Positions 40,880 to 49,542 of a stretch of DNA of 64,000 bases are shown one piece after another. The notes under the pieces were generated by a model. The model was given only the letters and a program-made list of their open reading frames with translations. It was not told the origin of the DNA and did no database searches. The stretch spans positions 1 through 64,000 of the forward strand of contig VRVR01000046.1 in assembly GCA_009859145.1 (NCBI GenBank). Direction: 5' to 3'. Position numbers and translations under genes: made by a program. Origin of the DNA: Andalucia godoyi And28. Taxonomy: Eukaryota; Protista; Jakobida. How positions within the stretch are numbered: the first letter of the stretch is position 1; each line of letters begins with the position of its first letter.

Positions 40880-42733
40880 TCATGTTGTCTTTTTCTGTCT
40901 CAGGTCTTCCTTGACTCTTTGTGCCAATGCAATGCGAACTTCCATCCTTTTTGCAAGTTCCTCTTCATCATTGCGTCCGCTCCGTGGAGGGGATCGCCCA
41001 ATAAAATCATGGCTTTGTGTCGCAGTCGTTTCCGGAGACTTGTTGCTGGGAGACCGGCTGCCAGCTTCGCCAAGTATAGATTCTCGCGGAGTCTTCAGCA
41101 ACACTGCATCACGCTTCTTTGTCCGCTCGGAAATAATCTTGTCCCGCTGAGCACGCAGATATTCCTGCCGACGACGCATGTCCTCTTCCGACATGGGCTC
41201 TGCTAAAACTTCACGAACGGGCGAAGTCGAAGTGGAGTTTGCTGTGGAATTGGAAAGGGCTTGGGGTCCACCAGCACCACCACGACGAGAGTCCCGGACG
41301 GGAGGGAGATCTTTTCCGGGAGGGAATGGTGGTTGAGGACCAACTCGCTGGAGTGACAGTGGGGGTGGTAGCGCTGATGCAACCGATTCTGATGCGGGAA
41401 CAACGGCATTCGACTGCGTCTGCACGGAGTCCTCTTCGGATCCATAGCCCACTTCCTCAGAAAAGGAAGAGTTCTTTGCGCGTGCGTCCGACTCCAATTT
41501 CTTGAGCATCTTGGCGCGCTTTTTCGCCATCAAAATACTTTCTTGTCGAACTCTCTCCAGACTCAGTGTTTCGGCAAGATTGGTTTCCGAAGACCGAAAC
41601 TCATTCAAAATGCGTTTCGTTTCCGCTTCCGAGTCGAGATTCTTGCTGTTCCGGCGATCAGGCGATGCGGCAACCCCAGGAATCGATGCATCCGTGAAAT
41701 CGGGTTCGTCAGTCCCTGAAGACACGCCAACGGGAGACGTTGGTCGATCCACAGATGACGTACCCTCATCCACGAGCTCCTTGCTTGACGCAGCACCTTT
41801 CAGCGGTGGCAGAGATGAACTCGACGCGGAACTCGAAGTCTGCGTGACGGATTCAGCGCGTGCAACATCCCTTGACGACAAGCCAGATGAAGATGAAGAT
41901 GCGGAAGTGGACGTGGACGTGGACGTGGACGATCCTGAGGAAGACGAAGACCCGGATGCGGACCCAGATGCAGAGCATGACACGTGCGCACTGAAAGACG
42001 GCTGCTTACGCAGCGAATCGCCGCGCTGCATAGAGGCAGCAATCACTCTTTCAACTTCCGCTTCCTCCATTGTCTTTTGCTTTGTCTGCACCTCGGCATC
42101 CTGCATGGAATCCGCGATGGCCTTGGCGATGGCCGCTTCCTCATCGCTCTCTGCTTCCTTTTGCTGTTTTCCCGACGCTGATTTCGCCACAACTGCTTCA
42201 TCGCGGATGCTCCTGGATGCTTCTTCGTTCTCTCTCTCAATTTCGTCCATGATTCGCTTGACTTCGTCCTCGTCTCCCTTCTCCAGCGCCGCCGCGAGCT
42301 TTGCATCCCGATCCTCCATGTGCTGTCGATTGATCACATTCTTGAGAACCTTCAGTGCCTCAATTTCCAGTTCCATATTCCGCTTTTCCATAAGCTTCTT
42401 GAACGTCACAAAGTCGTCCATGGCGAGAATGTACTCGAGCACAAGCGACGAGAGCTCGGGATTCGACGAATTTGCGCACGCCGTAATGAAGTCCTCGTTC
42501 GAAATTCCCAGCTCGGAAAGGTATGTTTCCAACAGATTCTCGACAAGTTCTTGAAACTGAGTGTGGATGTCCGTCTGCGCAAACTGACCGGCTTCCATCT
42601 TCCCTCCAATTATGCTCTGTTCCGCGGGGAAACACGTGCAGTTCTCATCCACAAAATTCTGAATCGGAGTCTGCCAGAGAGGAGACCGCAAAAACGACAC
42701 GATCGAATCAAGAACCCAGTCTGACTCGCTCAT
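40880..42733 (-). CDS. CFAP36: CFAP36/CCDC104-like ciliary BART-domain protein with a long low-complexity C-terminus
   Basis: DWVLDSIVSFLRSPLWQTPIQNFVDENC...HTQFQELVENLLETYLSELGIS...LAMDDFVTFKKLMEKRNMELEIEAL, and a late EDMRRRQEYLRAQRDKI helix. Confidence 0.85.
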   Translation of the reverse strand: MSESDWVLDSIVSFLRSPLWQTPIQNFVDENCTCFPAEQSIIGGKMEAGQFAQTDIHTQFQELVENLLETYLSELGISNEDFITACANSSNPELSSLVLEYILAMDDFVTFKKLMEKRNMELEIEALKVLKNVINRQHMEDRDAKLAAALEKGDEDEVKRIMDEIERENEEASRSIRDEAVVAKSASGKQQKEAESDEEAAIAKAIADSMQDAEVQTKQKTMEEAEVERVIAASMQRGDSLRKQPSFSAHVSCSASGSASGSSSSSGSSTSTSTSTSASSSSSGLSSRDVARAESVTQTSSSASSSSLPPLKGAASSKELVDEGTSSVDRPTSPVGVSSGTDEPDFTDASIPGVAASPDRRNSKNLDSEAETKRILNEFRSSETNLAETLSLERVRQESILMAKKRAKMLKKLESDARAKNSSFSEEVGYGSEEDSVQTQSNAVVPASESVASALPPPLSLQRVGPQPPFPPGKDLPPVRDSRRGGAGGPQALSNSTANSTSTSPVREVLAEPMSEEDMRRRQEYLRAQRDKIISERTKKRDAVLLKTPRESILGEAGSRSPSNKSPETTATQSHDFIGRSPPRSGRNDEEELAKRMEVRIALAQRVKEDLRQKKTT

Positions 42734-42798
42734 CCCAGTAGTTTCCACTCAGACTCCACACAAACTTCCACACAATCCAGAAACCGAAACAATCACAA

Positions 42799-42825
42799 AC
42801 ACACACACACACACACACACACACA
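42799..42825 (+). repeat. (CA)n microsatellite
   Basis: About 13 CA units upstream of the CFAP36 ATG. Confidence 0.9.
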
Positions 42826-42865
42826 ACTCTCAGCTGAATCGACGAACAAAAAACTCACAACAGAA

Positions 42866-43623
42866 TGTTATGACACCGTTGAATAATACCTAACACGTCA
42901 TTGTCATGCATACGGGGGAGTATCCATAAACAGAGGCGGTCGACACTGGCCGACACCTGCACGTTTGCTTCACAGGGAACTCGTGCTTACGCACGCTCGG
43001 CCAAAATTCAGCCGGTGACACAGGCTCCGCATTTTCGACGCTCTTTAACGCAGCATCCGTAGCCATCTATTCTATCATTCGTTGGTTCCGCTTTATTAAT
43101 TCAAATATGGGCGTGAGTGCGCTGGGATGACGCATTCGCCTACGCCGCTCGATACAGGGCCTCCTAGGTCCCGCAGACCTATTAAGAGACCGCGTGTCAC
43201 TACGCCTACCGCCTCTTCCTCTCGTGTCTCCAGCTGCATCAATCGCTGCAACTGAGGACACGAAAGCGCCTGCTGCTAGGGCCGTCAGAATCAAAAAATG
43301 CACCCTTCTCAGGAACCACGTGTCATGCTGAGAAAGTGGCTCACCGATTGATCGAGATTGGGAACGGAGCGCGGAACATTTATCTGAAGAGCGCCGTGAG
43401 GCGTGTTGGGGCCGATCCCCTTCCCGGCAACGGGATGCAAGACTGAATATACATCATGTCTATTTGTAGATATGCATGTTCAGTGTATAATGTAGGCGCT
43501 ACGAAACAAATGCTGTACGTTACTGTATTATTAAATAAACAAAACATGCACTTCATTAGAAAAGAAAGGACTGTAACGTAGCACTGGTCTCACTTGACAC
43601 TGGAACGGCCCAACCCCAAGACA
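42866..43623 (+). mobile_element. Possible solo LTR or other insertion (758 bp)
   Basis: Begins TGTTATGAC and ends CAAGACA, with AATAAA at 43534. It is flanked by the direct repeat ACAGAA (42860-42865 and 43624-43629, extendable to ACAACAGAA). No second copy is present in the window. Confidence 0.25.
43377..43512 (+). ncRNA. Candidate structured RNA element of unknown class
   Basis: Three back-to-back hairpins, CGCC-GUGA-GGCG, GGGG-CCGAU-CCCC and UCCCG-GCAA-CGGGA (two with GNRA tetraloops), then a CUGAA/UUCAG stem, closed by CAUUU/AAAUG. Confidence 0.3.
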
Positions 43624-43717
43624 ACAGAACAGAATGATGTCTTTCGTGTCTCCGAGAAAGATTCCAAACGAGAGGCGGGCAAATCACATACAGTTTCGCA
43701 TCCTCGTCGTATTCATC

Positions 43718-43845
43718 TTATTGCTGTTGTTCTTATTCTTCTTATTCTTCTTATTGTTATTGTTGTTATTGTTGTTGTTGTTGTTATTGTTGTTGGAGTT
43801 GTTGTTGTTGTTGTTGTTGTTGTTGTTGGAGTTGTTGGAGTTGGA
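43718..43845 (+). repeat. Imperfect (TTG/TTA/TTC)n trinucleotide repeat
   Basis: About 40 triplets dominated by TTG, about 190 nt upstream of the LRR receptor ATG. Confidence 0.9.
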
Positions 43846-44032
43846 AGGGGACTGTTCATGCTTCAAATCCCTCCTCGGAATCCTGCATAGAGAGAGTCTT
43901 CCATTTCAATTTCGATACTATTGAACAATTATTGTCTTAACTAGCTAATTAATTAATTGTTGGTTTTCTTGCTTGTTTTGTTGGCCTTCATTCAGCTTCG
44001 CGGAGGATACAGTCTTGCTGCTTGAAAACAGC

Positions 44033-47000
44033 ATGAGCCGACAATCCTGTATTGCTGGATGGTTTTGGCTTTTGCTAGTGTTTGCCATTGGTGCGTCGTT
44101 TTCCGTAGGGTGTTTGGCGGACAATCGTCGTCTTGGTAGACGTGGAAGCAGCGTTCATGTAGACGCATTTGGAACCACAGGCTCTGCGGGTCGCTTTCCG
44201 TCGCGGTCGTATCGGTCACTGCGCGAGCCTCGGATCGATCACACGGATGCATCTGCTGCGGATGTGTCGAGGGCGTATAGAACACGAAAAGACAATGGCC
44301 GTTCTGCGTCGGATGTCTTTCAGTTCGCTCCGGGCGCAAGTCGATATGATGCTCGAGCGTCTTCTCCGGCAAAGAAATTGCATAATATACATCCCAGAGA
44401 TCAGGCGCGTGCATTCGCGAATGTCGGACGGCTTGCTCGAGATGCTTCGAGTACGCATCGGGAATACATGCAGAAATTGGAGGAGAAGTCGAGAAGCATG
44501 CGGTCAGAGGTCACCAAGGAGTCGGAAGGCGTGTCTGTCCGTGCTCCAGTTTCAATCCCAGTTCCAGTGGGAGGGACGTTGGTCGATGATTGCGCGGTCA
44601 TTCAAGAGTTCCAGACAACTGCGTTTCGCTCGTTTCAAAACATGAGCTGCGCAGTGGGTACGTCGTGCTGTTCTTGTCCTGAAGTGACGTGCAGAGGTGG
44701 TCGCGTCGTGGGGCTCCATGTGGTCGTACAAAGCGGGGTGCTGCCACCCAGTCTCTGGAATCTTACTGCCCTCGAAGAGATCATTGTGATTGCGAGTCTG
44801 TATCCTCCAAACATTACCGACTCCGAGATTGTTCTGTTCAACATTGTGTATGTTGATATGGAAGTGACGCTCTCGTTGGGCGGAACAGTCCCATGTGGCG
44901 CGATTCCGCCAAATCTCGTACGATTCGTGCTCACCGGATCATTCGTGGATCAGCCTACTTCTTCTTCGCACGTTCTTCCAACTGTCTTTTGTCCAGGGTT
45001 TCTGGATGTCTTGCCAACGCAGTTGGAAACATTTATTCTGGTTTCTCACAGCGAAGGCTCCATCCCGGATCGGGTGTTCGACATGTCATGGTTGCACTAT
45101 TTACAGGTCCTAGGGTTTCATCGCGGATTCGTGGAGTTCGAGAAACTGTCCCAGTTTCACAATTTATTTGCGATGAGCATCGAAGGCGCGTTCGCACAAT
45201 CGATTCCAAAATTCCGCGTTCCACGTACTCTGCGAGTCTTCGATTTGTGGGGATACTTTACAGGCAATGTTGTTCACTATGCAGATTTTCCACGGGAGCT
45301 GTTCGTGTTTTCCATTGGGGGAGAATTTCTTTCGAACACCCCTGCTCCTGCTTCGTTTTGGCCCAATCTGGTGATATTGCAGTTGCAAGGCGACTTTCGG
45401 GGCGAGCTACCCTCCACGTTTGCGAGCACACTGACTTCCAATATGTCGTTTTTGCAGTTGAGTGGGCAGTTCGGCGGAGCGCTGCCTTCTTCTCTTTTGC
45501 AGCTTTCCGGGCTGGTTTCACTGGGCGTGTATGGTATGTTCCAAGATCCCATTCCAGATTTTCCGGTACAGTTTCTCGGTTTGATTTCCCTCAGTCTAAC
45601 GGGAGAGTTTTCTGGATCATTTCCAGTTGGACTGTCCAGCATCTCCTCGCTCACGTCGCTTGCATTGAGTGGTAGATTCTCCTGCGAATTGCCGCGATAT
45701 TTGTCGGCATTTCCGTCCATCACAAGCTTGGAGCTCATTGGCTTCATGGATGGAACTATACCAAACGAATGGGAAGCCATGACGAGTTTGGAGACGCTTG
45801 TTCTCGAGGGTTACATGACAGGGAACCTCAGTATAGACTTTTCAAGGATGAGAAATCTGTCCTATGTGGTTGTGATCGGAAACTTGGTGGGCAATGTGCC
45901 GTCGTTTGAAAATAATTTGCTCTTGAATACGATCATCCTAAAGGGGTTTTTCCCATCCGTTCCTACAAACTTGACCATATTCTCGTCTCTGTCCATCTTC
46001 ATCGTTTTGGGAGAATTTAACGCTTCAAATAGTATCTACATTGATTTCCCCCAGTCGTTGCAAATCTTTGAATTTTGTTGCGATGGCGCTCTCAACATGA
46101 GTTCTTTCCTGTTTTTGCCGAATTTGCAGGTTATCGATGTTTCAAGAATGACGCTAACTGGCGGGCCAATGAGCATAGGATCTTTGACGAATTTAGAGAT
46201 TGCCTTTTTTGATGGCTGCGGCCTCCAAGAACTGTCCATTTCCTCGCCTTTAGAGCGGTTGTCACTGCTTTCTGTTGCCTCGAACAACCTTTCCCGTTTG
46301 GAAAGCGCCTCTCATTTCCCAAATATTGTTGCCCTGGATATTTCAAACAATTCTCTCGCTGGCCCGGTTCCTTATTTCCAGTCATTGTGCTCCCTCAAAG
46401 CCACGGATGTTCTTCAGAATGTGTTCATTCTGGAAATGTCTTTGAATCAGTTTGACATTTTCCCATGGTCGGACACGTGTCAATTCCCAACTTTAATTTT
46501 CCTGAATGTTTCTTCGAACGTCATTTCGGGATCGATCCCGGACACTCTTCCAACGGCTGCACCGCGGTTGAAAACTGTAGACTTGTCTGCAAACCAGCTT
46601 GAAGGTAGCATCCCGTATGCGTTTATTACATTCGATGATTTAGATACCGTCAGCGTGGCGCGCAATACAGGAATGAATTTTGTGGATGACCTGCAAGGGG
46701 CTCCAGGCAGGGATGGTCTTGTCGTCGTTGGTGGTCCTTCCGACGTGCACTTGTCGTCACAAGCATTTGCAACGTGTCCGAATCTGTATTTAGCTATACC
46801 TGGTGCTGTGGCAACACTGTTCAGCGACGATTCGTCTACAGGTTTCTCGGGCTGCGAATGCCTCAATGGCTATTACGGTATTCCACCGAATTGCATGATA
46901 TGCACGGACTTGGATCAGTTCAATGCCCGATGTCCTGGAAACGGTGCCGTGTATGCTGCTGAAGGGTTTTGGGCAACCCCTCCGTTAAACATGGCGCAGG

Positions 47001-48280
47001 GAGTGTTTCCCGAGTACATCCTTCCGTGTCTGGACTCTGGTTCTGCAGTGTCTGTTTGCCACTATGACCCGTACAATGTTGATGTTTGCAAGGCCGGTCA
47101 CACGGGCCGACTGTGCGCCGATTGCGATAGCGGCTACTTTGCGCTGTCGTCGACATCCTGTGCGCAGTGTTCTAACTCGAATGCTTTTGTTGGAATTCTT
47201 GTGTTTCTTACGATTTCTGTTATTATTTTCATGTCTACCTTTGGTTTGTTCCGGTTGATTCGCGTTCGCGGTCCTCCCATCTCGAAAGTATTCTTCGAGT
47301 TTATTCAGATTTTATATTTCGTGTACGTTCCGCTTCCGTCGTCATTGCAGTTTGCAGGATCTGCGGCTGGGATCCTGAATCTTCGCGCTGTTGGTGCGCC
47401 ATGTATCTTCTCTAACTGGTCATATACTGCTTCCTATTTCACAGTGCTGCTCGTTTACCCGGCTTTCCTGGTGATCCTGTTCGTCGGTTACTTGATGTGT
47501 CTGTGTTCAATCCGCGTTTTTCGTTCTCCGGAATTCAAGCAGCGCTTTTACTATCATAGCATATGGTTATTCTTCTTCTGCTACGTTGGAATCGTGGCGA
47601 TCATTTTCGAACCGCTTTCCTGCGAAGAAGACCCTGGCCTGCACGAGAAGTACATCCGATTCTCGCCTGCGGTGCGTTGCCATCTTGGTCTCCAAGCGCT
47701 GTCTGCCGTGCTGCTTCCATTCGTGATTGTTTTCATTCCATTTGGTGTATTCTGGATTGTTCGCAAAGCCCACTTGAACCCCACGTTCTATGCGAGTGGT
47801 TCTTATTACTCCATGGTATACTTCTACTGTACCCAGCACTATAATCCCCCTTACTGGTGGTGGGACATTTGGACTCTTCTGAGACGGTCGTTGATTATTA
47901 TGCTGATTATTGACGTTCCTCCTGAGTCATCGGTTCGTGGCTTTTTCCTTGGACTGATTATGCTGACGTCTCTTGTCGCGCACATCATATACCGTCCGTT
48001 CCGCAGCCGCACTTTGAACAGAACCCAAATTGCTCTGTGGATAGTTCTAATCATGAACTACGTGGTGTCTATTCAGTATCGTGTTGTCGGAACGAATGAC
48101 TTGCCGGTCATATCGTGGATGTTCGTCTTCATCAACAGCAGTATGCTCGCTTTTGCGCTGTACTTGGCGGTCCGAGCATTATGGAGGTGGTTCCGTGGTG
48201 ATGTTGCGCTGTCTGGGGACGCTGTGTATTCTGCTGGCCGAAATCGATCGTTGGAGATGCACCTCTTGGAAAAACATTAA
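44033..48280 (+). CDS. LRR ectodomain, Cys-rich EGF/laminin-like region and ~8-9 TM C-terminal domain (TRP/FLC-like protist receptor family)
   Basis: Signal peptide, basic pro-region, LRRNT-like SCCSCPEVTCRGGRVVGL and about 24 LRRs. Then CECLNGYYG...CPG...CKAGHTGRLCADCDSGYF, KVFFEFIQIL, YWWWDIWTLLRR and IYRPF...N. Confidence 0.88.
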   Translation: MSRQSCIAGWFWLLLVFAIGASFSVGCLADNRRLGRRGSSVHVDAFGTTGSAGRFPSRSYRSLREPRIDHTDASAADVSRAYRTRKDNGRSASDVFQFAPGASRYDARASSPAKKLHNIHPRDQARAFANVGRLARDASSTHREYMQKLEEKSRSMRSEVTKESEGVSVRAPVSIPVPVGGTLVDDCAVIQEFQTTAFRSFQNMSCAVGTSCCSCPEVTCRGGRVVGLHVVVQSGVLPPSLWNLTALEEIIVIASLYPPNITDSEIVLFNIVYVDMEVTLSLGGTVPCGAIPPNLVRFVLTGSFVDQPTSSSHVLPTVFCPGFLDVLPTQLETFILVSHSEGSIPDRVFDMSWLHYLQVLGFHRGFVEFEKLSQFHNLFAMSIEGAFAQSIPKFRVPRTLRVFDLWGYFTGNVVHYADFPRELFVFSIGGEFLSNTPAPASFWPNLVILQLQGDFRGELPSTFASTLTSNMSFLQLSGQFGGALPSSLLQLSGLVSLGVYGMFQDPIPDFPVQFLGLISLSLTGEFSGSFPVGLSSISSLTSLALSGRFSCELPRYLSAFPSITSLELIGFMDGTIPNEWEAMTSLETLVLEGYMTGNLSIDFSRMRNLSYVVVIGNLVGNVPSFENNLLLNTIILKGFFPSVPTNLTIFSSLSIFIVLGEFNASNSIYIDFPQSLQIFEFCCDGALNMSSFLFLPNLQVIDVSRMTLTGGPMSIGSLTNLEIAFFDGCGLQELSISSPLERLSLLSVASNNLSRLESASHFPNIVALDISNNSLAGPVPYFQSLCSLKATDVLQNVFILEMSLNQFDIFPWSDTCQFPTLIFLNVSSNVISGSIPDTLPTAAPRLKTVDLSANQLEGSIPYAFITFDDLDTVSVARNTGMNFVDDLQGAPGRDGLVVVGGPSDVHLSSQAFATCPNLYLAIPGAVATLFSDDSSTGFSGCECLNGYYGIPPNCMICTDLDQFNARCPGNGAVYAAEGFWATPPLNMAQGVFPEYILPCLDSGSAVSVCHYDPYNVDVCKAGHTGRLCADCDSGYFALSSTSCAQCSNSNAFVGILVFLTISVIIFMSTFGLFRLIRVRGPPISKVFFEFIQILYFVYVPLPSSLQFAGSAAGILNLRAVGAPCIFSNWSYTASYFTVLLVYPAFLVILFVGYLMCLCSIRVFRSPEFKQRFYYHSIWLFFFCYVGIVAIIFEPLSCEEDPGLHEKYIRFSPAVRCHLGLQALSAVLLPFVIVFIPFGVFWIVRKAHLNPTFYASGSYYSMVYFYCTQHYNPPYWWWDIWTLLRRSLIIMLIIDVPPESSVRGFFLGLIMLTSLVAHIIYRPFRSRTLNRTQIALWIVLIMNYVVSIQYRVVGTNDLPVISWMFVFINSSMLAFALYLAVRALWRWFRGDVALSGDAVYSAGRNRSLEMHLLEKH

Positions 48281-48473
48281 TACCTGTCCATGACCGTAAT
48301 CCTGCTCACTTTGGTCCTTCGCGACTGTGCTCCTCAACAGTCTTGAAACCGTATCATGAAGTGCAGTCGGCGACGGCGAAGAAGAAGCGCGTTTTCAATC
48401 GTCCTTTTTCTTCTTTTTTTTCCCCCCTCTCTTCTTTTAATTTTAAAATCTTGCGGATAATATGCGTAATGAA

Positions 48474-49202
48474 TCACATTTTCAGGACTTTTTCAAATCG
48501 ATGGGCTTCGAACGAGAACGACGAGAAGATTGGCGTCTTGGGCGACCGAACAAAGTTCAATTTTTCATAGAATCTCTTGGCCGGTTGGGCAGCCGTGATC
48601 AACTGGATCTTGACCTGGTCTGCATTCTTGTCGGCCAGATCCTGGACGATCCTCCGCTCCACTTCGCTCATGAGCAACTTGGCAACACCCAGTCTCCTAG
48701 CCGACGGATGCACGCTCAGCCGCTCAATCTCAAAGACAGGCAGCTGTGCACCTGCCGCCCACGCATCCTTGTGGTACTTGTACTTGTCGCCTTCGCCCGC
48801 CTCGAACCTCTTCGCTCCGACGCATCCAACAACCTTTCCGTGCGCCTCGGCAACCAAAAACACCGCGAACCGCTTCTCGTCCTCCATGCTCACGTTGACA
48901 CCCTCTGCAACCACCTGTCGTATTGCAGCCTCCGCCTTTCGTAGCGTCACGCGGTGCACCGCGGCCAGCCCGACGCTGCAGGCTGCCGCGGTCCACAGCA
49001 GCATCGCCAGCGTCGGATACATCAGCATGACTACAGGCGCGATTATACTCATCCACGACGCTACTTTCCACATCCCTGTTTGCGCACACTGCGGCGCCAT
49101 CTCAAGAAACCCCGCGGTCCACATCGCCATTACCACATCGTAGTCCGCCTTCGTGTACTTTCGAATCAGCACATCCGCCGTAGACTGCCTTCTCAACGAC
49201 AT
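48474..49202 (-). CDS. NAT8/camello-like GNAT N-acetyltransferase with a membrane insert
   Basis: IRKYTKADYDVVMAMW, a hydrophobic hairpin, FLVAEAHGKVVGCVG, EIERLSVHPSARRLGVAKLLM and AKRFYEKLNF. Confidence 0.85.
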   Translation of the reverse strand: MSLRRQSTADVLIRKYTKADYDVVMAMWTAGFLEMAPQCAQTGMWKVASWMSIIAPVVMLMYPTLAMLLWTAAACSVGLAAVHRVTLRKAEAAIRQVVAEGVNVSMEDEKRFAVFLVAEAHGKVVGCVGAKRFEAGEGDKYKYHKDAWAAGAQLPVFEIERLSVHPSARRLGVAKLLMSEVERRIVQDLADKNADQVKIQLITAAQPAKRFYEKLNFVRSPKTPIFSSFSFEAHRFEKVLKM

Positions 49203-49542
49203 TATCGGTCTTTCGTTCTCGGACTCTCACTCACTTGCACGCTTTTCTTTTCCTTCTCTTCTTTCCTTCCCGTTTTGCTCCCTGCAATCGTTTCAATCTC
49301 CTTTTGCTTCTTCCTTGATTTTTCTCGTTACCGGTATCTGGTCCAACGGGTTGGCAGTGCGATCTGCGAACCCAGTTCATTCAGCATTCTCGGACTCGGA
49401 TCGGGGAAATTGCCTCATTAGAGCAAACGTTTTTTCTTTTTGTTTTTTCAGACGACCTACTGTAGTGCACTGTAGTCAATACTACGAACGTTCGGGGGGG
49501 GTCAGTTGTGCCTGCAAGCGTAGGACAAGGAGGGCGAGGAAG

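Noticed and set aside
41502-42554. 350-aa plus-strand ORF opposite CFAP36
   Set aside because: Antisense shadow of a charged low-complexity sequence (Ser-rich translation).
43067-43303. Minus-strand ORF with a signal-peptide-like start (HFLILTALAAGAFVSSVAA)
   Set aside because: It starts at GTG with no in-frame ATG back to the previous stop, and I found no supported upstream exon.
43328-43378. TPP riboswitch-like words (GCUGAGA...ACC...UGAUC...AGCG.GGAA)
   Set aside because: The P5 stem and its loop do not pair or match, and no thiamine gene is adjacent.
43384-43507. Hammerhead ribozyme (CUGAAGAG...CGAAAC with a pairable stem II)
   Set aside because: There is a 3-nt insertion before GAAA, and no arrangement gives a valid stem I plus stem III with an NUH triplet. 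The only matching AUUUGUA lies inside the stem II loop. Kept only as part of the structured-RNA finding.
43611-43619. CAACCCCAA, identical to the Tetrahymena telomerase RNA template
   Set aside because: A single 9-mer is expected by chance, and there is no evidence for TTGGGG telomeres or other telomerase RNA elements.
43684-43924. Poly-Asn, poly-Leu and poly-Val ORFs
   Set aside because: Translations of the (TTG)n microsatellite.
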